Source of the DNA: Desulfarculia bacterium
Lineage (GTDB): Bacteria; Desulfobacterota; Desulfarculia; Adiutricales; JAGVGV01
Assembly (NCBI GenBank): GCA_963662445.1
Contig: OY759590.1
Location: 1,388,449-1,452,448 of the forward strand
Direction: 5' to 3'
DNA: 64,000 bases
The notes beneath the pieces were generated by a model, which worked only from the letters and a program-made list of their open reading frames with translations, did not search any database and was not told where the DNA came from. The first letter of the stretch is position 1. Every line of letters begins with the position of its first letter. Of the stretch, positions 40,766 through 50,306 are shown piece after piece. Both the position numbers and the translations under genes were made by a program.

Positions 40766-42055
40766 ATGCGGGCGCTGCTCATTTCGGCTAATCAGGAAGA
40801 TGTGAATATGGCCGCCTTGCCCCTGGGGCTGGCCCTGGTGGCGGCGGCGGCCGAACGGGCCGGCCACGAGGTGGAACTGCTGGACCTGATGAGGGCCGAC
40901 AACGCCCGGGGTCGGACGGCGGAAGCGGTCCGGCGCTTTCAGCCGGAAGCCGTCGGCATATCCGTCCGCAATATCGACGACCAGAACATGCTGAAACCAC
41001 GGTTTCTGCTGGAACAGGCCAGGGCGGTGGTGGACGCCTGCCGGGAAAATTCGTCGGCCCCGCTGATTCTGGGCGGCGCGGGATACAGCATTTTTCCCAA
41101 AGCGGCTTTGGATTTTCTCGGCGCGGACATGGGCGTTCAGGGTGAAGGCGAGTGGGCCTTTGCGGAAATTCTGCGGCGCTTGCAGGCCGGTGAATCCCTG
41201 GAGGGTCTGCCCGGCCTGTATCTGCCCGGCCAAGACCGGGCGGCGGCCCGGCGGTTTTCCCCCAACCTGGATGATCTGCCTTGGGCGGGGGTGGCCCGCT
41301 GGCTGACTTCGGTCCGGAAAGACGACAGCCTGATGCTGCCCGTGCAGACCCGGCGCGGCTGTCCCATGAGGTGCTCTTACTGCTCGACGCCGGTTATAGA
41401 AGGCACGGCCATCCGGCGCTGTTCGCCGGAACTGGCCGCCGGGACAGTCGCGGGTTACGTGGCGTCCGGCTTCCGGAAAATTTTCTTCACTGACAACACC
41501 TTCAATCTGCCCCCGTCCTTCGCTAAGGCTTTCTGCCGGGGGCTGATAGCGGCGGGAGTCAAGCCCGCCTGGAACTGTATCGTCTATCCGGGGCGGCTGG
41601 ACGAAGAGCTGGCTTCCCTGCTGGCCGGGGCCGGGTGCGTCTCGGTCAGTCTGGGCTTCGAGAGCGGCGACGACGAGATGCTGGCCCGCCTGAACAAGCG
41701 TTTCACTTCCGCCGATGTGGCCCGTGACCGGCGCATTCTGGCCGAGGCCGGGATAAGCGTCATGGGTTTTCTGATGCTGGGGGCGCCGGGAGAGACCAGG
41801 GAGTCGGTCCTGAGGAGTCTGGATTTCATCGACCGGATCAAGCCGGACATATTCCGGCTGACCATGGGGGTTCGCATCTACCCTTACACTCCTCTGGCCG
41901 GGCATGCCCTGACCAGAGGTCTCATCGCTCCCGGCGACGACCTGCTCCAACCAACATTCTATCTGGAGCCTGGCCTGGAAGACTGGCTGCCGGAGACTCT
42001 GGAAGCCTGGGCGGCGGGCCGGACCGATTGTCTGGGGGATATCCGGAGGGGTTGA
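40766..42055 (+). CDS. B12-binding domain radical SAM protein (class B methyltransferase-like)
   Basis: PLGLAL...GISVRNIDD...ILGGAG; RGCPMRCSYC. Confidence 0.9.
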   Translation: MRALLISANQEDVNMAALPLGLALVAAAAERAGHEVELLDLMRADNARGRTAEAVRRFQPEAVGISVRNIDDQNMLKPRFLLEQARAVVDACRENSSAPLILGGAGYSIFPKAALDFLGADMGVQGEGEWAFAEILRRLQAGESLEGLPGLYLPGQDRAAARRFSPNLDDLPWAGVARWLTSVRKDDSLMLPVQTRRGCPMRCSYCSTPVIEGTAIRRCSPELAAGTVAGYVASGFRKIFFTDNTFNLPPSFAKAFCRGLIAAGVKPAWNCIVYPGRLDEELASLLAGAGCVSVSLGFESGDDEMLARLNKRFTSADVARDRRILAEAGISVMGFLMLGAPGETRESVLRSLDFIDRIKPDIFRLTMGVRIYPYTPLAGHALTRGLIAPGDDLLQPTFYLEPGLEDWLPETLEAWAAGRTDCLGDIRRG

Positions 42056-42107
42056 TCCGGGGCTGGCCGGGGCGCGGCCTGATTGCCCCGGCCCAAGCCT
42101 GATGCGG

Positions 42108-42692
42108 TTACGGCCTCCACGCGGTCAGGCCGCTGGTGTCGTTGGCCGACAGCCACTCCCGCCACTGGTCCACAGTGCGGACGCCGCCGGAAATGACGGC
42201 CCGGTACAGGTGAATGGATATGCAGGACAGGGACTTGTCTTCGGCCATTTTTCCCTTCAGATGGATAATTGCCTGACGCAGCTCGGGATTAAGCGCCCGG
42301 CGGATGGGCTCCACCAGGTATTCGGCCCGGGGCAGGGGGTAGTCCTCGGGAGCCGACCACATATCGACCTTCCACTCCCCGCCTTCTTCATCGCGGCAGA
42401 GGAGCTGCCAGTACAGGGCCTGGTCCGGCGTGGCCAGGGCGTTGACAAACATGGTCTGGGTCACCCGGGGATGCAGGGCGCAGGCCCGGAGGACCTCGAA
42501 CCCGTCTTCTATCCTCAACTTCGGGCAGTATATCTCCATGTCGATATCCCGGGCATACATCAGGTCGTAAGCCAGTGCGCCGACGATCACGGGGCGTCCG
42601 AAGACGCCCCACCGCTCCACCAGTTTCAGTTCATCCAATAATCTTTCGGCCGTGGCTTTCCGGGCCGCGGCCAGCCGCAGGCAGTCGTTCAT
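42108..42692 (-). CDS. Hypothetical protein, nucleotidyltransferase (Pol beta)-like
   Basis: VGALAYDLMYARDIDMEI (G[SA]-x-DxD) and WKVDMW. Confidence 0.65.
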   Translation of the reverse strand: MNDCLRLAAARKATAERLLDELKLVERWGVFGRPVIVGALAYDLMYARDIDMEIYCPKLRIEDGFEVLRACALHPRVTQTMFVNALATPDQALYWQLLCRDEEGGEWKVDMWSAPEDYPLPRAEYLVEPIRRALNPELRQAIIHLKGKMAEDKSLSCISIHLYRAVISGGVRTVDQWREWLSANDTSGLTAWRP

Positions 42693-42719
42693 GGTTCTTC
42701 TCCTTTTTTCAGGCGGCAA

Positions 42720-43475
42720 TCAGAGTTGCAGTCTGGTGCAGATGTAGGTCAGACAGCGCGGAAATTCGGATAGTTTTTCATCTATGCGGAATCCGGCCCG
42801 TTCGAGCAGACCGTCCATTATCCAGTCGAAAGTGCTGTATTCGTCGCGGATGTGCACGACGGTCTCTTCGGCCATGGCTTCTCCGGCCTCGGACCTCATG
42901 CCTTCCACCCAAGCGTCCATTTCCCGATAGTAATCCCGGAGCGGGAACGAGAAGACCACGTCGAAGAGGTGAAGCCGCCCGCCGGGGCGGAGCATTCCGG
43001 CCAGCCGGGTCAGGGCGGCGCCCTTCCAGAAATCCGGCAGGTGGTGCAGGGCCGCCACCGAGACAATGGCGTCGGCCGGTTCGCCTATGTGCCGGTAGGT
43101 CAGAAATCCGGCCTGGTGGGTATCAATGTTGGCCAGGCCCTGTTGCCGGGCCTTGTCCCGGCAGATGTCCAGCATGGCTGGTGAGATATCCACGGCGTGG
43201 ACTCGGCGGCAATGGCGGGCGGCGGTCAGGGCGAAGGCTCCGGTGCCGCAGCCCAGGTCGATGACCGAATCGCCGGAGCCCAGGCCTAAACGTTCGATGA
43301 CGAGCAGGGCGTCTTTTTCAAAGTCCCGGAAGGCGGCGTGCTGGCGGTCGTACTCTTCGGCCACCCGGCGGTCGGCATAATCCACCCCCGAGTGCCTCAT
43401 CTCCGGGAACTGCCACAAAGGCTCTCCGGCGGTAAGCGTCTGCGTGTTGTCTCTATCCGGAATTTTTTCGCTCAC
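42720..43475 (-). CDS. Class I SAM-dependent methyltransferase
   Basis: VIDLGCGTG, AVDISPAML, ALHHLPD. Confidence 0.88.
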   Translation of the reverse strand: MSEKIPDRDNTQTLTAGEPLWQFPEMRHSGVDYADRRVAEEYDRQHAAFRDFEKDALLVIERLGLGSGDSVIDLGCGTGAFALTAARHCRRVHAVDISPAMLDICRDKARQQGLANIDTHQAGFLTYRHIGEPADAIVSVAALHHLPDFWKGAALTRLAGMLRPGGRLHLFDVVFSFPLRDYYREMDAWVEGMRSEAGEAMAEETVVHIRDEYSTFDWIMDGLLERAGFRIDEKLSEFPRCLTYICTRLQL

Positions 43476-43535
43476 AGTCCGAATCTCCGGGATACAGCGT
43501 CAGCGGTTCCAGTGGTGCGGCGGTTTACAGAAGGT

Positions 43536-43988
43536 TCAGCCCAGCTCGATGATGGACTTGGTCACCCGGGCCAGGGCGATCAGGTTTTCTCCAGCCCAGG
43601 CCTCGCTTTCGCAAAAGGCCAGACGCTTGCCCAGCTTGCGGACCCGGCCCTGAAAGACGACCGGTTGGCCCAACCGGGCCGGTTGCAGGACCGAGCAATG
43701 AATGTCGTGGGTCACGGCCTCCTGCCTGTCGGTCAGGCAGGGGAGCAGGGCGGCGTAAGCGGCTACGTCCAGAATCGAGTAAATTATCCCGCCGTGGAGC
43801 ACCCCCGAACCATTGCGGACGTTCTCCATGGGAGTGAATTCGATTTCCGCCCGGCCGGGTTCGGCGCAGTTGAGCTTGAGGCCCAGAAAATTATGAAAAG
43901 GCGACTCAGCCAGCAGGGCCGAGCGCCGGGCCAGTTCCTCCGGGCTCAACCTCGCCTGTAACGCCTTTGGGCTTGCCGTCATGTGCAC
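43536..43988 (-). CDS. PaaI family thioesterase
   Basis: NGSGVLHGGIIYSILD hotdog-fold motif. Confidence 0.88.
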   Translation of the reverse strand: MHMTASPKALQARLSPEELARRSALLAESPFHNFLGLKLNCAEPGRAEIEFTPMENVRNGSGVLHGGIIYSILDVAAYAALLPCLTDRQEAVTHDIHCSVLQPARLGQPVVFQGRVRKLGKRLAFCESEAWAGENLIALARVTKSIIELG

Positions 43989-44254
43989 TTGCCTCCAGAA
44001 TCAGCCTGACCGCCGGATTATTTCGCCTAACATAATGAAAACCGGAACATAGTCAAGAGTAATCGGTCCGGCGCAGACGAAAAAAAACGCCTGCGGCGGC
44101 ATTTTTTTCCGGCTCCGTCACATTGAAGAGCTGTGGCCGGATTCCCGTAGGTCTTGACTGGACGGGGAAAACAAGAGAAAATACAGTGTTGGCTTGTTTT
44201 TTGCTCTCAAATATGCTGAAAGAAATGGCCTGAAATTTATCAGAGTGTGCCGGG

Positions 44255-44929
44255 ATGAGTCAGGACGGTCAAAACAACAAACAGATGGTCATACGCGAAC
44301 AGCGGGTTATCACTGATTGCGCGGTGGAAATCATCCGCTCCATCCACAGGCGGCGAGGGAAACCCTTGCAGCCGCGGGACCGTATGGCCCTGAAGCTGCT
44401 CACTCCGAAAAATTCGGCATTGCTGCTCAGAAACGGCACCAAGACCCTGGGCTGCCGGCAGATAAATTTTGAAATTCTGACGGACGACCTGGGCCTGGGG
44501 GCTCATCGGCTGACCCCCACCGGGGTGCATGTCTACAACCCGGACAAAGGCTGGTGGAGCGACCATTATGGCCTCGGAGAATTTCTCTGGAATCTGCGCC
44601 TCAAGGAAGACCCCAAGGAAGGCATGGCCAGAATTCTGGATCACCTTTTCAAGTTCAAGATGAAAAGCCTGTTCGGAGCCACGGCCGATTTTCAGCTCAA
44701 GGAGAGGTTCAAAACCATTGCCGCCAATGTGGACCGGGGGCTGAAGCTGTACGTGGAGCGCGAGGACGGGGCCGTGGAAACGACCCTGCGGCGCATGGTC
44801 CGGGCCAAGGCCATGTACTCGCCGAAGGATTTGGGCCTGCCGGTGCCGGATGACGGTCTGGGGCGGACGGTGCTCATTTTCGGCAAAAACCAGCATTACG
44901 GCATAAGTTTTTCCATCGAAAAGATCTGA
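44255..44929 (+). CDS. Hypothetical protein
   Basis: 224-aa ORF filling the gap, with host-like codon usage; no motif recognised. Confidence 0.7.
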   Translation: MSQDGQNNKQMVIREQRVITDCAVEIIRSIHRRRGKPLQPRDRMALKLLTPKNSALLLRNGTKTLGCRQINFEILTDDLGLGAHRLTPTGVHVYNPDKGWWSDHYGLGEFLWNLRLKEDPKEGMARILDHLFKFKMKSLFGATADFQLKERFKTIAANVDRGLKLYVEREDGAVETTLRRMVRAKAMYSPKDLGLPVPDDGLGRTVLIFGKNQHYGISFSIEKI

Positions 44930-45051
44930 ACCAGGCCCCTTTTTTACCTTTCTCGTATCTCCCGCCGATTTTTCCGGACCAGCGGCCTGCTTGGGCCAAG
45001 ACTACCAGATATCTTTACAGCGTTGGACGGAGTATGACCTGTTCGCGGGGC

Positions 45052-45918
45052 TCAGGCCGTTTTACCGGTCGAGTCCAGGGCCAGTATGATCCCGCTGGCG
45101 ATAACCAGAACCCCGCCCAGAACCTGTCTCAAGGCCACAGCCTCACCGAAAAGCAGAAAACCCAGGGCCGCGCCCATGACTATTTCCGACATGCCGATGA
45201 CGCCGACTTCGGCGGAAGCGATGGAAGAGAGGGATTTGCACAGGGAGAGCTGGGCCAGGGCGGCGGTCACGGCTATGGCGGCCAGGGCCAGCCCTCCGGC
45301 CATGGTCAAGGGCTGATGATTCCCGCCCAGGGTCAGGGCGCCCAGGGAGACGAAAGCTCCGGCCAGGCAGAAATAGAAGAAGGGAGTCAGGGCGTTGTTG
45401 TCCCGGCTGTAGCGGCGGACCATGGTCAGGGCCAGGCCCTGCAGGAGGCCCGCGCCGACTCCGACCGCGTGCCCCCAATGCAGCCCCCCGCCGAGTTCTC
45501 CCGGCCAGAGGATGAAGCCGGTGCCGCAGAAAGCCAGGCCGATCAGCCCCCAGAGCTTCAGACTGGTCTTTTCTCCGCAGAGAAAAGGCGAAAAAAGGGC
45601 GGCGAAAGCGGGATACAGATAAAGCAGAAGCAGGGCTTCGAAGATGGGCAGCCTGATGAGAGCCACGGTCAGGCAGATGACGCCTGCGACCGTGGTCAGT
45701 CCGGTCAGGAGCATGGCCGCACGGTTCCGGCCCAGGAGGCTGAGTCCCATTTTTCTGGCCAGCAGAACGGTCAGCAGCAAGCCGAAGGCGGCTCTGGCCA
45801 GAAGCATCTGCCACGGTGTGAGTCCTGCCGATGAAAAACGGGTGATAAGGTCGAAGAGGGCGGCGAAGACGGCGGCGGAAAAGGCGAAGGCCAGGCCCTG
45901 GATTTTTCTTTCCTGCAC
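45052..45918 (-). CDS. DMT/EamA family transporter
   Basis: About 10 TM helices in two repeats. Confidence 0.85.
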   Translation of the reverse strand: MQERKIQGLAFAFSAAVFAALFDLITRFSSAGLTPWQMLLARAAFGLLLTVLLARKMGLSLLGRNRAAMLLTGLTTVAGVICLTVALIRLPIFEALLLLYLYPAFAALFSPFLCGEKTSLKLWGLIGLAFCGTGFILWPGELGGGLHWGHAVGVGAGLLQGLALTMVRRYSRDNNALTPFFYFCLAGAFVSLGALTLGGNHQPLTMAGGLALAAIAVTAALAQLSLCKSLSSIASAEVGVIGMSEIVMGAALGFLLFGEAVALRQVLGGVLVIASGIILALDSTGKTA

Positions 45919-46146
45919 GTGAGAGGACCTCGCTGGTAAACAGGCTTTGCCCGCGCCGTATTGTCAGGCCTTGGGCGGATACGGGGGAGCGTCTGTGCGC
46001 CGGAGAGTTCAGTGGTCCGGAGCTGCTAAAATCTAATATATCAGCAAGCAGGTGTGGCGGCAATGAGAATCGGCGGCAGGAATATCTGGTGAAAGTGCCG
46101 TGTTATCAATGTATTATTGGTGAAGCCAGGAGGACGGTATCCCATA

Positions 46147-46270
46147 GGGGGCAGCGACCAACGGGAGCGCCGGGGGCAAAGCCCCCGGAAGAAGGTCCAG
46201 GCGACAGCCTGGGGTGCAGGCGGCAGCCTGGGGTGCAGGCGGCAGCCTGGGGTGAGGGGCGGATAGCCTC
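46147..46270 (+). repeat. Palindromic REP-like element with three tandem 19-bp units
   Basis: GGGGGCAGCGACCAACGGGAGCG head; (CAGGCGRCAGCCTGGGGTG)x3 at 46198-46254; homologous to 59604-59672. Confidence 0.8.
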
Positions 46271-46277
46271 GGTTCCG

Positions 46278-47501
46278 TCAGTTCTCGAAGCGGTGGGTTT
46301 GGACCCGGGGCACCAGCATCAGGACGCCCAGCTTTTTCATCGCTTCATCCTCGGCGGCCAGGCATATTTTCTTCATCTCATTGATGACCTTGGCGGCAAA
46401 GGTCCGGCCCCAGAACCAGTCGGCCAGCGCCGAGCTGTCGGTGGTCTGGCCCGGTTGGATGGCCAGGGCCTCGAAATAGGCGGCCTTGACATCTTCCACG
46501 GCCAGTTTGAGGGCCGTCGCCTGAGACTGGCCGGGCAGCCAGTTGTCGTATCGGCTTCCCCGGACAAAACCGGCCAGAAAATCCACGGTCTCTTCCAGTT
46601 CGTGTCCGGTGGTCCCGCTGGTGGTGCGTCCCTTCCTTTCCCTGGCCAGATCGAACCAGGTGCGCATTTGCAGGGCTTCGGCCCGGAAATCGGCCAGCAG
46701 GCGTTCGATGGGTGACAGTTGCTCTTCCGGTTGAGGAAAGCTGACCGGGCAGGCCGGCAGCACGGCTTCGGAAGAAGAAGCGGGGGCTTCCTCGGGGAAA
46801 TCGGCCAGCACAGGGCCTGATCCGGCTTCCAGGAGATTGAGGGCTCCGAGCAGCACCCGCATCTGAAATTCCGGGTTGTCCGGTACGCCGAAGGGGCGAC
46901 CAAGTTCAAAAGGAACCCACAACGCACGGGGCGGCCTTATGGCTTCGGTGTGCTCCCTGACCAGGCTGATATGAGTGGTGGCCAGCCCGGCTTCTTCCAG
47001 GTGATGGGCCAGCGCGCCCACGGCGCGCGTGCAGAGAGGTCAGACCGGGGCCAGCAGCACGGCGTCGACGCCTTCGCCTTTCATGATGCCTGCCAGTTCA
47101 CGGGCCGGTGCGGCCAGTTGTTCCGGCGTGGCCGCGCCCATGAAGGAATAATGACAGGAGGCCAGGGAGCCTATCCGGCCCTGGGCGGCCAGTTCCCGGA
47201 GGCGGTCCAGGGGGAAGACCACGTTGAGGTCCCGCTGAAAGCCTGTCCGGTCGAAATTGGTGGAGATGTGGCTCATGACCAGATCGCCGGGTGACGTGTC
47301 GGTCGGGATGACGCGGTAATCGGCCGCGCCCGGAGTGAAGGGGCGGTCGTTTCGGCGGTGGAGCCCGGCCGTGGAGATGAAGGCCAGTCTGCGTTCTGAC
47401 AACGGTGGGCCGGTGACCCAGGGTTGTGTTTCGTAAGTGGGGCAGGCGACGGCCAGCAGGTGGTTGCGTTCACATTCGGGCATGCGGTCGAGTCGGGCCA
47501 T
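46278..47501 (-). CDS. Selenoprotein: D-proline/glycine reductase component B (PrdB-like) domain with UxxC plus C-terminal extension; UGA 47042-47040 read as Sec154; 407 aa
   Basis: ISTAGLH, DLNVVFPLDRLREL, HYSFMG, then LLAPV-TGA-PLCTRAVG in frame with ORF 46278..47021 (RPPRAL, LGRPFG). Confidence 0.88.
47012..47028 (-). promoter_or_regulatory. Bacterial SECIS-like hairpin of the PrdB-like gene
   Basis: GCGCGCC-GTG-GGCGCGC; loop begins 18 nt after UGA. Confidence 0.7.
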
Positions 47502-47593
47502 TGGCGGTTCCTCGGTCGGGAGAAATGGAGCCCTGTCCGTCAGGCGGGCTGCTTGGCATTATAGCTTTCCCGGCCGCTGTTGTTCCACAATTA

Positions 47594-48517
47594 TCAGCGG
47601 ATGACTCTTTTTCTCAGCCAGATCATCAGGCGGCCGTCGATGGCGGCCAGACCCAGGGCGATGAGACCCATACCTGCAGCGTGCTGGCAGGACAGGACTT
47701 CACCCAGAAAAACCGCTCCGAGGAACGAGGCGCTGACCGGGATGAGCAGGGTTACCAGCAGGATGTTGGTTGCCCCGGCCGAGGCCAGTATTCTGAAGTA
47801 GATCAGATAGGCTCCGGCGGTGCATATCACGGCCAGGCAGAGAACCGAGCCCAAGGCCGCCGGGCCGGGCACGGGCAGGGTCCAGGGGCGGTCCGCCCAC
47901 AGGGTCAGGGGCAGCAGCAACAACGCTCCTGAAGCGACCTGGCCCGCGGCCGTGACCAGAGGCGGCAGATGACGGAACCTGCGGCCGAAGATACCGGCCA
48001 GGGCGTAGGAAAAGCCCGCACCCAGGACGGCCAGTTGGGCCGCCAGATTCATTCCCAGCCCTCTGAGTGCTTCCGGTCCGATCAGAACCGCCACTCCGGC
48101 CAGTCCCAGACAGACGCCAAGCATCTTTTTGCCGGTCAGACGCTCGTCCCGGGTCAGGCAGTGGGCCAGCAGGACGGTGAAGACCGGCGTGGCGGCGTTG
48201 AGGATGGAAGCCAGGCCGCTGCCTATCCTGTTCTGTCCCCAGACTATGAGGCAGAAAGGGATCATGTTGTTCAGCGCCCCCATCAGGAAAAAGGACAGCC
48301 AGAGGCCCGGCGAACGGGGCAGGCTTCTGCCCAGGGCGTAGACCATTATAATCAGAATGATTCCGCCCAACGAAACCCGCCCAAAGACAATGGTCAGCGT
48401 CGGCAGGTCGGCCAGGGCGATTTTGTTGAAGAAAAACGAGCCGCCCCAGATTACGGACAGCAGTAACAGCAGAGCCCACTCCACCGGACTCATTGTGGTT
48501 CTTATACCTTCGTGCAC
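47594..48517 (-). CDS. DMT/EamA family transporter
   Basis: IWGGSFFF, GLASILNAATP, duplicated EamA repeats. Confidence 0.9.
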   Translation of the reverse strand: MHEGIRTTMSPVEWALLLLLSVIWGGSFFFNKIALADLPTLTIVFGRVSLGGIILIIMVYALGRSLPRSPGLWLSFFLMGALNNMIPFCLIVWGQNRIGSGLASILNAATPVFTVLLAHCLTRDERLTGKKMLGVCLGLAGVAVLIGPEALRGLGMNLAAQLAVLGAGFSYALAGIFGRRFRHLPPLVTAAGQVASGALLLLPLTLWADRPWTLPVPGPAALGSVLCLAVICTAGAYLIYFRILASAGATNILLVTLLIPVSASFLGAVFLGEVLSCQHAAGMGLIALGLAAIDGRLMIWLRKRVIR

Positions 48518-48872
48518 GTTGACAACCTCTGTGTCGGATGACGCGGTATTATGCCCGGAAATGCCTCCATTGGCACTTGGTTTATTTTAACCTGCTCAAG
48601 TTCTGTCCGGGATGTTTCGGACTGGAAAGGCGGAAGGGCTGCCGGTGAAAGTCATGGAGCCCGGCTCTTCCTTCGGGACGCCGCACCCAACTGAGAAGAG
48701 ACAGATCAACCGGCGGATTTTCTTATCCTTGACAGGTGGAAAGGCTCCGCCGTATTCTTTTTTCGTCAATTCCCTTGTTTCCTTGCAATAAGATGCTGTT
48801 CAGCAGTCAAAACCTGCGGCGGCAACCTTTCTCCGGCTCCGAGTTCATCATCCCGGAGGGCTGACCATCGGC

Positions 48873-49283
48873 ATGGCCAGGAAAATATTCATCGGCGCGC
48901 CTCTTTCCACCTGGGAACAACGGGCTTTCAGCCAAAGGCTGAAAGAGGTCCTGTCCGAAGCCGGGCACGACGTGACCCTGCCTCAGGACTTCAAGGACGA
49001 GAAAAACGGCCTTGGGCTGACAGCCGCGTGGCGTCGGGCCGTGGAGTCTGCCGATCTGGTGCTGGCTTTGACGGACAGCGGGGATGTGGACCCGGCGGCA
49101 GGGTTCATCATGGGGCTGGCCTGCGCCTTGGGCGTGCCCATTGTGGAGTTGAGGACGGATTTCAATCCCCGGCGGGGCACTGCTCCGGAGACGGACCGCC
49201 TGCTGGAAAGCGCGGCAGGCAAAACCGTCTTGGCAACCGGCAACGTTTTCAGCGATGCGGTCAAGGCAGTGGAAGATGAGTGA
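48873..49283 (+). CDS. Nucleoside 2-deoxyribosyltransferase-like protein
   Basis: IFIGAPL, LPQD, ADLVLA...DVDP...GLACALGVP...RTD. Confidence 0.7.
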   Translation: MARKIFIGAPLSTWEQRAFSQRLKEVLSEAGHDVTLPQDFKDEKNGLGLTAAWRRAVESADLVLALTDSGDVDPAAGFIMGLACALGVPIVELRTDFNPRRGTAPETDRLLESAAGKTVLATGNVFSDAVKAVEDE

Positions 49284-49547
49284 CCGGAAGAATGAACTCA
49301 GCAGACGATTAATCTGATTACCGGCTACCGGCGGGAAGGCCTGCAATCTTTCAGCCGGGGCCATGGCGCCTGTCATGGCTGGCCGCCCTGGCGAGACGGT
49401 TGGCAGAACAAGCCAGCCGGAGCTCTTCATCACCGTCTTTTTTTACGCCTCGTCTCATTAAGCCGCAAGCCTGCCGAACAAAACAGATTGACCTGGCGGG
49501 ACTTCCGGATTTAGATTGTGACCGCAGCGTCGTCCAAGGAGAGAACG

Positions 49548-49988
49548 ATGAATCCCGTAGATGAAGCAGTGCGGTTTTTCGGCGGCGATATGATCTGTTC
49601 TCAGGCGATTCTGGCCTCCTTCGGACGCCGGTACGGCCTGGACGAAACCCTGGCCCGACGGGTTGCCCGGGCTTTCGGGGGCGGCGCCGGCCTTCTGGGG
49701 CGGACCTGCGGAGCGGTAAACGGGGCGTTGATGGTCCTGGGGCTGGCCATTCCGGGCGAGGACGAACGGGCGGCCAGGGCCGTGGTGTACGAAGCAACCC
49801 GCTTTTTTGTCAGCCGCTTTGAAAAACGGACAGGGACAACTGTCTGCCGGGAACTGCTCGGCGTGGACGTGAGCACGGAAGACGGATACCGGCAAGCCAG
49901 GGAGCGTAATCTGTTCGGCGTGAAATGCCCGGCCATCATCCGCATGGCGGGGGAGGTGCTGCAGGAAACCATGGATGAATACTGTTGA
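49548..49988 (+). CDS. C-GCAxxG-C-C family putative redox protein
   Basis: CSQA, AFGGG, TCGAVNG, VCRELLG, KC. Confidence 0.88.
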   Translation: MNPVDEAVRFFGGDMICSQAILASFGRRYGLDETLARRVARAFGGGAGLLGRTCGAVNGALMVLGLAIPGEDERAARAVVYEATRFFVSRFEKRTGTTVCRELLGVDVSTEDGYRQARERNLFGVKCPAIIRMAGEVLQETMDEYC

Positions 49989-50306
49989 GCTTCGCGCCTG
50001 GCCCGCTTTTCAGACTGATCGGGTGCTGAACATTGTTCGCAGCCGTGGCCGGCGATTCCGGCCTGTCCAGCTTGGCCACCCGCCATTTTTTTCCCCGAAG
50101 ATAATGAATTGAAATAATGAATACAATTCATTTTATCGGCTCGGTCAGGCCCAGTCCGGGGAAATATTCAGGCAAGCTCCCGGCAATTCTGATAAAGTTT
50201 TATTCATCCGCCGTTGATTGAGGTCTGATGCAAACAGATGCTTCGGGACGGCGGTGCAGAGACGGCAGGATTATCCGCAGAAAGGAAAAAACAGAAGAGT
50301 GCAGTC

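Noticed and set aside
46198-46254. Three 19-bp repeats as a mini CRISPR array
   Set aside because: Units are directly tandem without spacers and there are no cas genes
49276-49460. Possible UGA-readthrough ORF after the deoxyribosyltransferase-like gene
   Set aside because: No redox motif around the UGA, no convincing SECIS and no recognisable product
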